A stretch of DNA of 64,000 bases from an uncultured Planctomycetota bacterium (GCA_963849325.1 CAWKHF010000005.1:160001-224000); one strand, 5' to 3'. Shown: positions 33,239-45,481, counted from the stretch's first letter. Translations and numbers: made by a program. The notes: a model not told the origin generated them from the letters alone.

Positions 33239-34557
33239 TCACAGTTCGGCGAGCGGCGCCGTGGCGTCGCCGAAGCGCTGGGCCGGCACTCCCATCCGCC
33301 GCAGCAACGACAGATACAGACTGCACAATTTGCGGTTGTCCTCGACGCGCTCCGTGTAATCGAGGACTCGGCCGGTAGCAAGTGTCCCGCCCAGGCCTCC
33401 CACCAGCAGCACCGGCAGCTTGCTCGAATCGTGCCGACTGCCCGACCACATGTTCGACAGGAACATCAGGCACGAATTGTCGAGTACGGTGGTCTCCCCT
33501 TCGCGCATCTCGGCCAGGCGTCCGGCGAGATACGCCAACTGGCTCACGTAGTAGCGCGTCACCCGTTCGTAGGCGTCGGAGTTGTCTTCGTGCGACGTTG
33601 GGTGGTGGGCCGTCCGCACGTCGAGGAACGGGTAGAAGAGGCCGGAGAGGTCTCGGCACAGCAGCAGCGTGGCGACGCGCGTCTTGTCGGTCTGGAAGGC
33701 CAGGGCAACGATGTCGCACATCAGCCGCATGTGCTCGCGGATGTCTTCGGGCAGGCCGTTGTCGGGCCGGCGCATGGCGAGGACGGGCCGACCGCGATCG
33801 CGCGCCCGCTCCTCGGCTCGATGGGTCGCGGCGCGGCTGCGCTTCACGCGCTTCTCCACTTCGCGCACGCTGGTTAGATATTCGTCGAGCTTGGCCCGAT
33901 CCGCGTGACTGACCTGGCGGCGCAGCGCCGCGGCCTGTTCCTGGACGCGGTCGAGAATGCCGATCGTCCGCCGGCTGCCCTGGTTGTCGAAGAGGCTGTC
34001 GAAGGCCAGCGACGGATAGACCTCCATCGGCACCGGCGAGTTGGCGTTCTGCCAGGAGATGTGCGAGCTGTAGGCCATCGAGAAATTCGTTTCGTGGTAG
34101 CCGGTGATCGGCTGCTCGCAGCCCAGCACGAGGCTCGGTTGCGCCGTTTCTTCTCCCAGGTGGCGGGCCAGCACCTGATCGACGCTGACGCCGCCGCGCA
34201 GCACGGCTCCCTTCTGCAGGGCGGCCCCCGACAGAATGTTGCCGGTCTGGCCAGGGTGGATGCCGACGCCCATCGCCGCCTTGTTGAACAAGCCGGAGAT
34301 GACATTCAACCGTGGCCGCAGGGCAGACAACGGTTCGAGGCTCTTGCTCAATTGCATGTCGGGGCCGGAACCTTTGGCCCACCAATTTTTGGGGCTGATG
34401 CCGTTGCCCATGAACAGGGCCGCGAACCGCCTGGGCGCGCGCCGGCCGTCGCTTCGCTGCCCCAGACCGGAATCGATTCCAGCCAGGGCAGGGCCATCGT
34501 CACGCCCACGCCCTTGAGCAAGGTACGCCGGCTGATTTTGTTCGACTGTTAGTTCAT
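33239..34557 (-). CDS. DUF1552 family protein (Tat-like N-terminus; start region damaged)
   Basis: ISRRTLLKGVGVTMALPWLES, FMGNG, SVDQVLA, HISW, LDEYLTSVREVEKR, LAFQTDKTRVAT, TVLDNS. TAA two codons after the apparent ATG and a frameshift near 34440. Confidence 0.88.
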
Positions 34558-34602
34558 TATCTCAATCCTCAAACAGGTGTCTGCAAACACCCATTCTTCC
34601 AT
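34549..34602 (-). pseudogene. Truncated PIN/VapC toxin remnant (MEEWVFADTC...)
   Basis: 17 codons directly after the antitoxin-like gene; VFADT matches the VapC first-strand 'VxxDT' motif. Confidence 0.5.
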
Positions 34603-34615
34603 CGGGACTCACCCG

Positions 34616-34834
34616 TTATTGCGGGAAATCAGGCTCCGCTAATTCGAGTCTCTCCAGTTCTTGCCAGTTGACTTCAAACTCGACTTTACCGGAGACAGCC
34701 TTCAACTCACGCAGCCGGCCAAGCCGTAAAAACTCTCGTGCGGCCTTGGAGATGGCTTCAGCATCATTATCGAGCTTTGTAAGCTGCTTGAGGGCAGCGA
34801 TTTCTTGAGAAGTCAACTCGATGGTGATACTCAT
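34616..34834 (-). CDS. VapB-like (RHH) type II antitoxin
   Basis: 72 aa MSITIELTSQEIAALKQLT...AEAISKAAREFLRLGRLRELKAVSGKVEF; typical VapB/DUF2191 layout. Confidence 0.65.
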   Translation of the reverse strand: MSITIELTSQEIAALKQLTKLDNDAEAISKAAREFLRLGRLRELKAVSGKVEFEVNWQELERLELAEPDFPQ

Positions 34835-34874
34835 GGCCCGATCTCCGCAACCCAGTTTCGCTCCTTGAGCAGCC

Positions 34875-37800
34875 TTATCGCAAGGCAGTATTGATGACGG
34901 CGGCTCGGATGCGTAGATTCTCTTGGGAAAGGCCTTCTGCCTGGTCATCAAAGAACCGCTGAGCCTCCTCAAGCGTCCTCTTCGGTGTCTGGTTCCTCCG
35001 GTAGTCGTCTGCATCCCACTGTGGGCAGACAAACCACCCGATGAGATACAGCCCGTGACAGCACGGAGACTCGGTGAGGTAGCGATCGCGCAGTTGCCCT
35101 CTCATATCCTTCTCTACCCCCTGATTCCAGCAGCCTTTCACCTCGATAATGACGGTGATCCGGTCGTACTCCTCGGGGCGGCGCCCCGGCATTAAAGCGT
35201 CGATCTTGATGTCTGTCCGCTCTCCCTGCACGTCTCCCTCCCCCCGTCGGATCTCCACCTCTCGGTTCGCGACGATTCCCCGCTGCTGGATGTCCCGTCG
35301 AAGGTAGCCGCGTGATGTAGTCCGACAATTCATTCTCGTCCTTCGGTCGGTACACGTCTTTCTTTAGCTTGTTCCAGAGATCGGGGGCAGCGGGATTTTC
35401 CCCCTGTAGTTCCTGCTCCAGCCGCTGGAGCGATTCGATCACGACAACGAGGAGTTGGTCGCCACTTTCAACGAGCCGAAGGTCTCGATCGCGGACCATC
35501 TTGAGCAGTACGTTCGGCGAAGGTGGCACCCATGTCTGCCGGAGCGTGTGAGTCCGTGTCTCCACGACCGCCCATCGCAACCAGGAGAGTTCCGGAAGGG
35601 CTGTCGCCAAGCGCTCCATTGTCCGACAGGCGGTAGGCGTTCCTCGGGATTGTAGCTGCTGGAGCACGGCATCGCGGAAGTGCGCCACGCCCTCGCGCGG
35701 CCCAACGACGTGCGCCCCTGAATGCTGCGGATCCTCCGACGGCGGGTAGTGCTGAACGAGCCACAAGTAGAGGTCGCCGATCTGCTCCGCGGAGAGATGC
35801 TGTGTCATGAGGGCGGCGTGTTGTTGGTCGTGGCGGTCGGCGACGGCGGTGATTACCTCTCGACCAAAGTCCACATCCGCTTGGATCGCCGACCATACCG
35901 CCTCCCACCCCGCGTCTGCGGCATGGACGAGGAGCATCGTTGCCGCTACTACCGCCCTGCGCCGCGGTGGCCCATCGGCGGGAAAGGGGGGCGATACCAA
36001 GGAGGTTGCGAAGGCTCTCGCTTCGTCGCTGCCATGCTCGTGGAGCGATTCGAGGAGGTTGCCCATACTCTCGGGGGTAAGGGATGGGTCGCGCGCCTTT
36101 TCCACAAGCGCGGTGGCGAGCCGTGTATCCCAGCATAATGCTACTTTCCGGTGGACCGTGAGCCGTTCGTACTGCCGGTTCTCGCCATCGATCATAGTCA
36201 GCAACACTCGGATGACCTCCTCCGGTGCCTGCATGTACGCGCGCCGCACGAGATCCAGGTGCGGCTCCTCGCCAGAGCCGCCGAGGATGGTTGGGTAGCC
36301 AACAATAACCGGGGTCCACGCTCGCCATCGGTCGGCGTCCAGTAGATCGATCGTGCCCGGCTGCTCGCGTTCCAGGAGACGCAACGCTCGATAACCTGCC
36401 ATGTCCGGGCGATGAAAAGTGTTCGTGCCGAGCCAATCAGCGGCAGAAGGCTGAGCCCGTAGAAGGTACTGTCGTGCGGCATCAAGGATGCGTTGTCGGG
36501 TTGGGCTATCCGCCGCGTGCCACCCTGGGAGAGCCGTGAGATCGGACTCCCGTTCGTCGCCGTAGTGTGTACTCGTCGGTTCGAGCGTCAACTCACAGGT
36601 TGAGCACCCACCACGCATCGAGATTCCCGGCCTCCATGCGGTTGAGATGAATCGCAATCCGTTCTTGCGGTGGGGGCTGGAGCGGCCTGCGCTGCACCCT
36701 TAGCCTTTCCTGCCATTCCTGTTCCTTGCGGTATGTCGCCCGCATCGCATCCGCCTGGGGCGAATCGATTTCGACGGGCGCGAACAGCGGGCCGAATGCT
36801 GTTTTCAAGGCGGGGTAGCTGCGGATAGCTTCCAGGAGCGCATCGACGTGTCCAGGGTGTCCTATCCTGAAAGAGACCTCGAATAATCGCAATCCAGAAG
36901 TCTTGTTCGCCGCCGAGTTGCCGTTCTCACATTGCTCGATGAGCCAGGGCAGATCACCAGGTACCAACAGCGGGGTTTGGGTGAAGGCGAGCGTTAAAGG
37001 ATATTTCCCCCCTCTATCCAGCGGGGCATGATCGCCTCTGCAAGAGGCGGTAACGCTGCGCATTGAGAATCGCTCGCTCACCAGTTCGTTCCAGTCCAGG
37101 AACCGGGCGGTGTTCGGCTAGGCGGCAACCAACGGCCTCCGCAAACAGTTCGAGGATTTCGGGATTATCCAACTGGTTCCATACAGCGTTAAGCACATGC
37201 GTTATCACCTCCCGGAATGGATACTCTGGATCATCCCGCACTGGCTGCACCACAATCCAACGCAGAGCGACGGGCAGTTCCGTAGGAGGAAGGGATTCAA
37301 GGAGTGGCCCCAATAGAAATGATTTATAGGAGCCGAGAAGTCTAGGGTCCTTCGGCGGCGTGAGAGCGGCGAACACTTCCTCGACGCGTGAGTTGATCGG
37401 GCCACAAGGCACGGAGGGCAAAACCCTTCAATTCATCCTGTGGATCATCGCCAGCCTGACCTGTTACACAAGGGAGGAGACGCCGCAATATGGGTCTACG
37501 CATCCGCAATCCGAACCAAGGCGGCCGCAGCCTGTTCGCGGATGTGTTGGTTCTCGTTAGGGTCGAGGACTATGCCCGTGAGTAACTCCTGAAGCACCTG
37601 GAGGCGGCAAGATTCGGCGATGTCGATGGCGACTCGGCGGACGATGGTGTTCTTCGTGCGATCTCGGATGAAGGGGTCCAGCTGGGTATGGAGCCGGGGA
37701 CGGGCGAGTTTCCGGTACTTCCTGCGGCGATCCCACTGGCTATCGATGAGGGTTCCAGCGTCGAAGAGCCGGAGGAGCGACCCGACAAGCCGCTCGCGTG

Positions 37801-39099
37801 CCTCGGGACTCATTGTGGCCACGTCGCTGCTGAGAAGCACTTGCGGGTCGGATTCCACGATCCGGTCGTAGAGCAGGGGAACGAGACTGGCGAGCCACGC
37901 TGCGGTTTCTTGGAGTTGCGGCACTATCTTGCCCGCCTCATCACCGGGGTGCGCGATCAGGCTGAGCATCTGCGTGGCTTCCATGCGCCGGATGTAAAGA
38001 TACCATGCGGCGAGGAATTCGGCGTAGGTCTGGTGGGCGAACCCCAGCTGCTTCGGCCCGCGTGCCGAGAAAAGCCCCGTGTCGAATACCTCCCGCACGG
38101 CGGCGTCTGTGATGTTCACGGGCTGCCCGTCCATTAGTTCCATCCCGTCGCGGAGATACTGCGAGCGGAGGTCTCCCTCGGGGGCATCATTTCGAGCACC
38201 CGTCCAGATAGTCGGCCGGCCGCAAAAAATGGATAGGGCCGCAATCCGTGCGGCGATGTGCAAACGCTGACGCGAATGTGAGGTCTCCTGAACAGTTGTG
38301 CCGCCTGCCGGCTTTCACTGATCTCCTCACAGAGGCACTCGCATCCCTGCCGGTACAGCTCCACCTGCGACAGCGGGAAACTTATCAGCACGTTGGTATG
38401 ACTCAAGGAGGAAACGGAGTGTCACGGGCTTGCTTGCGAGTGCGGCGGCCTCTCAGACGGTCCACCTCGGCGAGGAACGCCACAGGATCGACTCCCGCAT
38501 GCCGCTGCCGCGTCGGCGACATCCCTCCGACGCAATGGCACCAACTCGTACACCCCGACCCCATCCTCACCCCAAAGCCTCGTCAGCTGCGTCTCCAGGA
38601 GCATCGGCCACACCGCCGTCCGGCAAGCGATGCGCAGTCGCAGGCGGTCGAGGGGACAGCGCCAGAGCTCCTCTCCAAGGAGGGCTGCGAGCGTATCGAT
38701 GCGGATGAGGCACTCGTCTAGACTATCGAGAAACAGGTGGAGGATGCCGCTACCGGCTCTCCAGGCAGTGAAAGAGGGATCCTCGAAAATGGAGCGAACG
38801 AGCAGGAGATCCGACTGGTAGGCGTTCAGGTTCCGCCAGAGGAGGACTTCCCCCGCGCGGCGGATCGCCGCCTCGGTCTCGCGGCGGTGGCACTCCAGCG
38901 CCGTCGTCTTGCCGATGCCTGGCTCGCCGAGCAGGATGAGGCAGAGCTTTGTGGCGATCTGCTCGAAGGCGACGACGTGAGGATTCGAATGGGGACCGTA
39001 CTCCGACTCGGGATTGAAGAGGAAGCCATCGCCGGTGAGGATGATCTCCTCGCCTCGCGGGCACCAGAATCGCTTCCAGTTGAAGGATTGGTCTGCCAT
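34875..39099 (-). CDS. Large STAND/NACHT-like NTPase with helical repeats and C-terminal PD-(D/E)xK-like nuclease motif (multiple frameshifts)
   Basis: Walker A LLGEPGIGKTT, Walker B LFLDSLDE, IACR, winged-helix FAHQTYAEFLAA, HEAT-like body, C-terminal ENELSDY..NREVEI..RTDIKI..IIEVKGCWN. Stitched from 7 ORFs. Confidence 0.8.
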
Positions 39100-39264
39100 G
39101 CTTCGCCTATTCAACCACAACAGTGGGGCGAACACCAGCAATCCGCGGCTACACCGCCGCGGCCCGCAAGAGGCGCCAGAGAGGGATGCCCGCGAGAGCG
39201 ATAGTCCCACTTCTCAACAGGCCGCTGATGTCCGCAGACGACGAAGGGGATACGTGCTTCCATT

Positions 39265-42200
39265 TTACTGTCCCTGCGGATCGTCGCGCCCTCTCTTGTT
39301 CAGAAACTGCGGACTCGTCACGATCGCTTCGACCAGGCTGCCGAACGCATACCCGTCGGCCGCCAGCCGGGTCCGCATCGCGTCGAGCGCTTTGCTGTCC
39401 GACAGCAGCAGGCTCGCGCCCAGCGCGTAGGAAAACAGCTTTCGGCACAGGTTATCGACAAAATCGTCCTGCCGTTTGTCGCGCAGATACGCGCGCAGGC
39501 CCGTCAAGCCCCGTGCGGTCCTTGCCGTCGGGGAAGGTCGCGTCGGTCTGGACCGGGCGGCCGCCCAGGTCCTTGGTGCGATGCTCGCCGACCGGGCCGA
39601 ATCCCTCGAAGACCAGGCCAACCGAATCGAAGCGGCGATGGCAGGCCGGCGCAGCTCTTGTTGTCGCGGTGCCGGGCGAGCACTTGCGGCAGCGTCAACT
39701 CGCCCAGTTTCGCCTCGTCCTTCGGCAACTCGGGAACGGTCGGCGGCGGCGGCGGAATCTGCTCGCCCAGCAGCCGGCGGACGACCCAGTAGCCGCGCTT
39801 GACGGGACTGGTGCGCAGGCCCGGCGCGTTCTTCGTGAGAAAGACCGCCATCGGCAGCAGGCCGCCGCGGCCGTAACGCCGCGCGTCCGCGACGTGGACC
39901 CATTCGTCCGGTCGCCTTGCGGCTCGGGCATGCCGTAGTGCCGGGCCAGCGGCCGATTCACGAACGTATCGTTGCCGTACAGCAGATCGAGGACGGAGCG
40001 ATTGCGCTGGGCCATGTCGAGGAAGTAGCGGATCGGCTCCTCAAACATCGCCTGCCGCAGCTCGTTGGTGAAGCTCGGGAAGCGTTGGCGATCGACGCTG
40101 TTGTGCTCCTCGAAGCGGCGGAAATCGAGCCAGTTGCCGGCAAACTCGGTCGCCAGGCCGCGCAGCGCGCGGGTCGCGCAGCATGCGCCGCGCCTGGGCC
40201 GTCAGCACGTCCGGCCGATGCAGGTCGCCCGCCGCGGCGTGGGCCAGCAGCTCGGCGTCGGGCATGCTCGACCAGAGGAAATAGCTCAACCGGCTGGCCA
40301 GCTCGTAGTCCGACAGCGGCCGCACGGCCGACCTCGCTTCCGCCAGGTCGAAGCGGTAGCAGAAATGGGGCGACAGCAGCACGGTGACGAGCGTGTCGCG
40401 CAGCGCCTCCTCGTGTCCCAGATCGTCGCTCGCGGCGGAGCGTGCGATAAAACGCCAGCAGATCGTCTCCGTTCGGCGGCCGACAGAGGCCGGCGGTAGG
40501 CCCGCTCGGCGAACTGCACCAGCGGCGTCAAGGTGGCTCGGCTCGGCGGCCAGCCGGGCGCGCTCGACCCGGCGAATTTCCGCCGACATGTCCGGCGAAA
40601 TAGGTCTTCGATCGCCTCCAGCGCCTCGTCGCCGGCCCCCTGCTCGCGCGCCTTGGCCAGGTACGCCTTCGCCAGCCGATCCATCTTCGCCTCGGACGTG
40701 GCATCCTTGTCCTCGGAGCGGGCGAAGTCGAACTCGGCCTCGCGCATGAAGCGCGGCGGCTCGGCCCGCTCGAAGAAGATGAAATCCTTGTACTGCCGCA
40801 TCGGCACCCGGGTGACGAAATTCAGCTCGTGCCACAGCGCTATCCAGCTCGCGCCGCTGCCGTTCGTCGAGAATCAACTCGCACAGCGGTTCGTCGTCGC
40901 GGAAATAGCCCTGCATGAGGTGGAAGCCGGCCGTGAGCGGCCGACCCTGGCCGGCCGCGTTGGGATCGAAATACGGGCCGCGGTCGGCGACGACAAAAGC
41001 GTCGGGAAACACCGCACAGAACCGCTCCAGCGCCCGGCGCAGCCGTCGTTCCGCCTCGGCGTCGGTTGCGTTCGCCGCGAACAACTTCGCCAGCCCGGCG
41101 TCCGCGTCCTGGAGCTGGTTCGGCCAGCTTGCGGAGGTCGGAGAAAACCTCTCCCGAATAACTGCGATGCCGGCTCGCCAGTTGGCGATTTCGCCACAGG
41201 ACGAACGGCTGGCTGCCGTCGGAAATCCCCGCGACGTGCAGCTTGCCGACCTTGGGCTTGAGCTGCCGGCGCAGACGCACGACCAGGTCGCGCATCCGCT
41301 CGCAGCCGGGACGAGCCGCGTCGGACGATGCGCTCGGGCGGCGGCAGTTCGCGCCACATCGTCCGGACGGCGGCCAGCGGTCCCGCTTCCGCTCTCGGCA
41401 TCGGTCAGGGCCGACCAGACCAGCGACAGGTACTTCGCGCTCAGCCCCGCCTCGGCCGCGAAACGGTCCAGCTCCGCGTCGGACCGGCCGAGCCGGTCGC
41501 GGTGGCGATACTTCCAGGCGGCCAGGAAGTAGTCGGCGTAATCGACCTTATGGCGCTCGTAAAAATCGACGATGCGCTGCACGCAATACTTGTCGCGGTC
41601 GGTGTCGGTCACGGCCGGATGCGGTGCGAAGACGAAGCCGTCCGGCTTCAGGACGACGTGGTCGGCGATCCGCCGGGCCGCCGCCAGGTACTTCTTGAGC
41701 AGGGCCGGAGACATGGCCAGGGATTCGCCCGAGTTGTCGAAGCCGGCTTCGTTGGCGGGATCGACCGGAAACTCTCGCGTCGGCCGAATGTCCACGCCGG
41801 TCAGGTCGCGGATGGTGTAGTCGAACTCGGCGTTGCTGAGACGGCGGGCCAGGACGGGCCCCGGATCGCCGGCGTTTCGCCGCGCTTCGCGGTCGCGCAG
41901 CTCACCAATCCAGGCGATCACCGCGGCCCGCTCGTCGGCCGTCGGCTGGCGCGGCGCGTCCTCCGGCGGCATCTCGCCCGCCTGGAGTCGTTCGAGTACC
42001 TGCTCCCAACGACGCGCGTTGTTCGCGACCGCCGTCACCGTCGTGTCGCGGCTGAGGTCGAGCTGGGCTTTCGGCTTCTTCGGGCCGTGACACGATACAC
42101 AATAGCGTTGGAGGAATGGCCGCACGCGGGTGGCGAATCGCGGTTCGAGCGGGTCGGCCGGCGACGCCGGATCGGCCCCCCGCGCCGGACGAAGGGTGTA

Positions 42201-42272
42201 CCGCGCTCCTCCGTCGGTCAGGCCCAGAGCGAGAACGGCGAAGACAATCGGTGTTCCGAATTTCCTGGACAT
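39265..42272 (-). CDS. Planctomycete cytochrome c + DUF1587/1595/1592/1588/1585 protein (frameshifted)
   Basis: CVSCH heme motif, RRLSNAEFDYTIRDLTG, GFDN, ELASRLSYFLWSSMPDAEL, RTSPVKRGYWV, KLFSYALG, IVTSPQF. Confidence 0.9.
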
Positions 42273-42352
42273 CGAACTCCCCTGCGGATGGCGACCCTGC
42301 GATTGTACTGCATCGGCCGGCCCTCTTCGTATGGTTTGTCCACAAATCTCTT

Positions 42353-42408
42353 CGTTTCGCCGCGACGCGCAGCGGAGCGCGCGCTCCGCTGCGCGTCGCG
42401 GCGAAACG
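42353..42408. repeat. Family-A REP-like palindrome
   Basis: cgtttcgccgcgacgcgcagcggagcgcgcgctccgctgcgcgtcgcggcgaaacg. Confidence 0.85.
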
Positions 42409-42517
42409 CAATTCGGGAGAGTTTCGACGTGGACGATTGACTTTCGCGGCGGATCGGAGAAACTGAAAGACATTACCTCGCTCGCCAATGCACCCACACC
42501 CCAAGGGAGGAGATGTC

Positions 42518-43909
42518 GTGACGGATTCCCCGAAGCGCGGCTTGACCCGCCGCGAAGTGATGAAGGCGTCCGGTCAGGTCGCCGTGGCGACGGCCCTGGC
42601 CGGACTGGCCACCCCGCAAATCTACGCCGGCAGCAGCGACACCATTCAGATCGCCCTCGTCGGCTGCGGTGGCCGCGGCGGCGGCGCCGCCGAAGACGCC
42701 CTGCACAGCAAGAACGGCCCCACCAAGCTCGTCGCCCTCGCCGACGTCTTCCCCAACAAACTCAAAGACAAGCACGATCAATTCACGAAGAATTTCGCCA
42801 AGCAGTCCGACCTGCCCCAAGATCGTCAGTTTCTCGGCTTCGACGCCTACAAGCACGCGATGGACTGCCTCAAGCCCGGCGACGTGGTCATCCTGACGAC
42901 GCCGCCGGCCTTCCGCTGGGTCCACTTCACCTACGCCATCGCCAAGGGTCTGAACGTCTTCATGGAGAAGCCGATCACCGTGGACGGCCCGTCCACGCGA
43001 CGGATGCTCAAGCTCGGCGAGGAGGCCAAGAGCAAGAACCTCAAGGTCGGCGTCGGCCTGATGTGCCGTCACTGCCCCGCGCGCGGCGAGATGTTCAAGA
43101 AGATCCAGGACGGCATGATCGGCGACATCACCCTGCTGCGCGCCTATCGGCAGCACAATCCGGTCGGCTTCTTCGCGTCGCCGCCCAAGCCGGCGGGCAT
43201 CAGCGAGCTGCTCTACCAGGTGCAGCGCTTCCACTCGTTCTTGTGGGCCAGCGGCGGCTGCTACAGCGACTTCTACATCCACAACATCGATGAATGCTGC
43301 TGGATGAAGGATGCCTGGCCGGTCGAGGCCCGCGCCTCCGGCGGCCGGCACTATCGCGGCAACAACATCGATCAGAACTTCGACAGTTATTCCGTCGAGT
43401 ACACCTTCGGCGACGGCACCAAGCTGCTGCTCGAAGGCCGCTGCATGAACGGCTGCGATCAGCAATTCGCCAGCCTCGCTCACGGCACCAAAGGCTCGGC
43501 GATTATCTCGTCCAACAGCCATTGGCCGTCGCGCTGCCGGCTGCTCAAGAGCCAGCACAACAGCGGCGAGAAGAAATATCAGAAGGACGTTATCTGGCAG
43601 TGCGCGCAAGGAACCCAGCAGCGATAACCCCTACCGCGTGGAGTGGGACGATCTGCTCGCCGCCATCCGCCAGGACAAGCCGTACAACGAGGTCGAGCGC
43701 GGTGCCAAGCCAGCCTGGTCACGGCCATGGGCCGCATGGCCGCTCACACCGGCCAGGTCGTCACCTACGACGAGATGCTCAACTGCGAGCACGAGTTCGC
43801 GCCGGAGGTCGATAAGCTGGCGATGGATGCGCAGGCGCCGCTGCGGGCCGGGCCCGACGGCAAGTACCCCGTGCCCGAGCCGGGACGGAAGAAGAAGCGC
43901 GAATTCTAA
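42518..43909 (+). CDS. Tat-exported Gfo/Idh/MocA family oxidoreductase (frameshifted near C-terminus)
   Basis: TRREVMK Tat motif; ALVGCGGRGGGA; FMEKP; IHNID. Confidence 0.9.
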
Positions 43910-43935
43910 ACGAGGAGGACGGAAGAAGACACGGT

Positions 43936-43958
43936 GAGGGGGCCGGTCCGGCCCCCTC
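43936..43958. terminator. GC hairpin between convergent genes
   Basis: gagggggccgg-t-ccggccccctc. Confidence 0.45.
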
Positions 43959-43993
43959 GGGGCTTCTCAGCTCCGGGGTGGGGATTGATCGCG

Positions 43994-44565
43994 TTACTGG
44001 GCGACGCCCGTGGCGGGAATCGTCAGCTCGACACGGCTGACCTCACCGGGACGTACGGTCACCTGGGCCGTCGTCGTCTGCTTCTTGCCGTCGCGGACGA
44101 TCTGGGCCTTGAGGGTGTACTCGTATTCTGCCCGGCTCCAGGGCGGGCGACACGAACACGCGCTGCGCCGACGTTGAGGTAGTCGGCTCGTTATCGACGG
44201 TGAGCGTGGCGTCTTCGGGCAGGGAGACAACCAGGGTCGCCTCGTTCGCGGCGGCCTGAGCGACTGCGGCCCCCATGTTGGGGTTGATGGTGCAGACGCC
44301 GCCGAAGCAGGTGGCGCACGGGGCCGCTGCGTGGCCTCCGCCGCCCATGACGTAGCCGCCGCCACACGTCGCGCAGCCGCCCATCATCATGTAGCCGCCG
44401 CCGCAGCCACCGTAGCCGCAGCCGCCCATCATGTAGCCGCCGCCGCAGCCGCCGCCACCACAGCCGCCACCACCGCAGCCGCCCCGGCCTCGCGCCGCAG
44501 ACGCCCTGGCTGTCCGCCACCATCGCCACCGCGGCCACCGCCACGATCATCACGAACTTCTTCAT
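43994..44565 (-). CDS. Exported TIGR03000-domain protein with Gly/Cys/Met-rich linker (frameshifted)
   Basis: Signal MKKFVMIVAVAAVAMVA; GGCGGGYMMGGCG repeats; ATLVVSLPEDATLTVD..T.STS..RVFVSPAL..YTLKAQIVRDGK...V.VRPGE. Confidence 0.85.
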
Positions 44566-44675
44566 CTCCAAGATCCTTCCTCAAAAGGTGTGAAGAAAGT
44601 AACCACCCGCCACCCTGGAGGGTGGGGTTACTCTCGGCCCGCACATCTTAGCCAAGCTGTGCAAACTTCCGACGT

Positions 44676-44715
44676 AACCTAGTCAACCGAGATTAGACTG
44701 TCAACCCTGGTTGAC
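44676..44715 (-). promoter_or_regulatory. Promoter TTGACA-N17-TAGGTT with overlapping palindrome GTCAACC-CT-GGTTGAC
   Basis: Hexamers at 44699-44704 and 44676-44681; palindrome at 44700-44715. Confidence 0.55.
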
Positions 44716-44845
44716 TAATTCGAACTGGAAAATTTTTCAGGTTGCGAAAGAGGGGAAAGAGGGAGGAAATAGCGGAGGGTGGATAGCAGTGAGTCGGTCA
44801 GATAGGAAAGCTTAGGGAAATCGCGGAAATGGCAAGATAGGGAAT

Positions 44846-45373
44846 TTATTTCCGGAACTGCTGGCGCAGCTGGGTGAACTCGGCCAGGCGTTCGGGCCGG
44901 ACTTCGCCGCCGAAGGTGAGGAAGACTTTGAGGACCGCCGCCCCGCCGCGGTCGAAGAACTGGAAGGAGAGCGTGTTGACGCCGTCCATGTGGCCGGGCT
45001 TCTCGACGGCGAAGACGGCGGCGAGCTGGGCCGGACGGATGTGCAGATCCAGGGAGGGAGTCTGGACGTTGAAGAACTCGCCCCAGGTGCTGAAGCCGCC
45101 GAAGCGGCCGACGACCTCGCACGTCACGCCGCTGTTGGAGACGATGGCGTGGACGTCGCCGAGTTCCGGGAAGCTACGGAACAATTGTTCCCAGCGCGTG
45201 ATGTCCAGTTCGACGGCGCGGTTGTCGGGCAGGGCGCGGATGACCTCGACCTCCGGGACGCCGAGCTGCCGGGCCAGTACCAGCGTCATCTGGCTGGGAC
45301 CGCTCTTCAAGGCGGCGTCGATGCGCTGTCGCTGCTCCGGCGTGATGGGCGTGGCTGGTGTTTGCGGATTCAT
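44846..45373 (-). CDS. ChuX/HutX family heme-binding protein
   Basis: LARQLGVPEVEVIRALP, LDLHIR, LSFQFFDRGGAAVLKVFL. Confidence 0.85.
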   Translation of the reverse strand: MNPQTPATPITPEQRQRIDAALKSGPSQMTLVLARQLGVPEVEVIRALPDNRAVELDITRWEQLFRSFPELGDVHAIVSNSGVTCEVVGRFGGFSTWGEFFNVQTPSLDLHIRPAQLAAVFAVEKPGHMDGVNTLSFQFFDRGGAAVLKVFLTFGGEVRPERLAEFTQLRQQFRK

Positions 45374-45387
45374 CGTGGCCTCACGTA

Positions 45388-45481
45388 TCTCGGCGAACGG
45401 CCGGCGTCAGCCGGCTGGTGTAGCATCTCGATCACCTTCGTTATGTTATACCAGCCGGCTGACGCCGGCCGTTCGCCGAGA
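45388..45481. repeat. Family-D REP-like palindrome (GGCGAACGGCCGGCGTCAGCCGGCTGGT)
   Basis: Long inverted arms; second copy at 55131-55197. Confidence 0.85.

Noticed and set aside
22141-39264. Integrative element or prophage at tRNA-Val
   Set aside because: No integrase, transposase, phage genes or duplicated tRNA 3' end found by eye; only called accessory.
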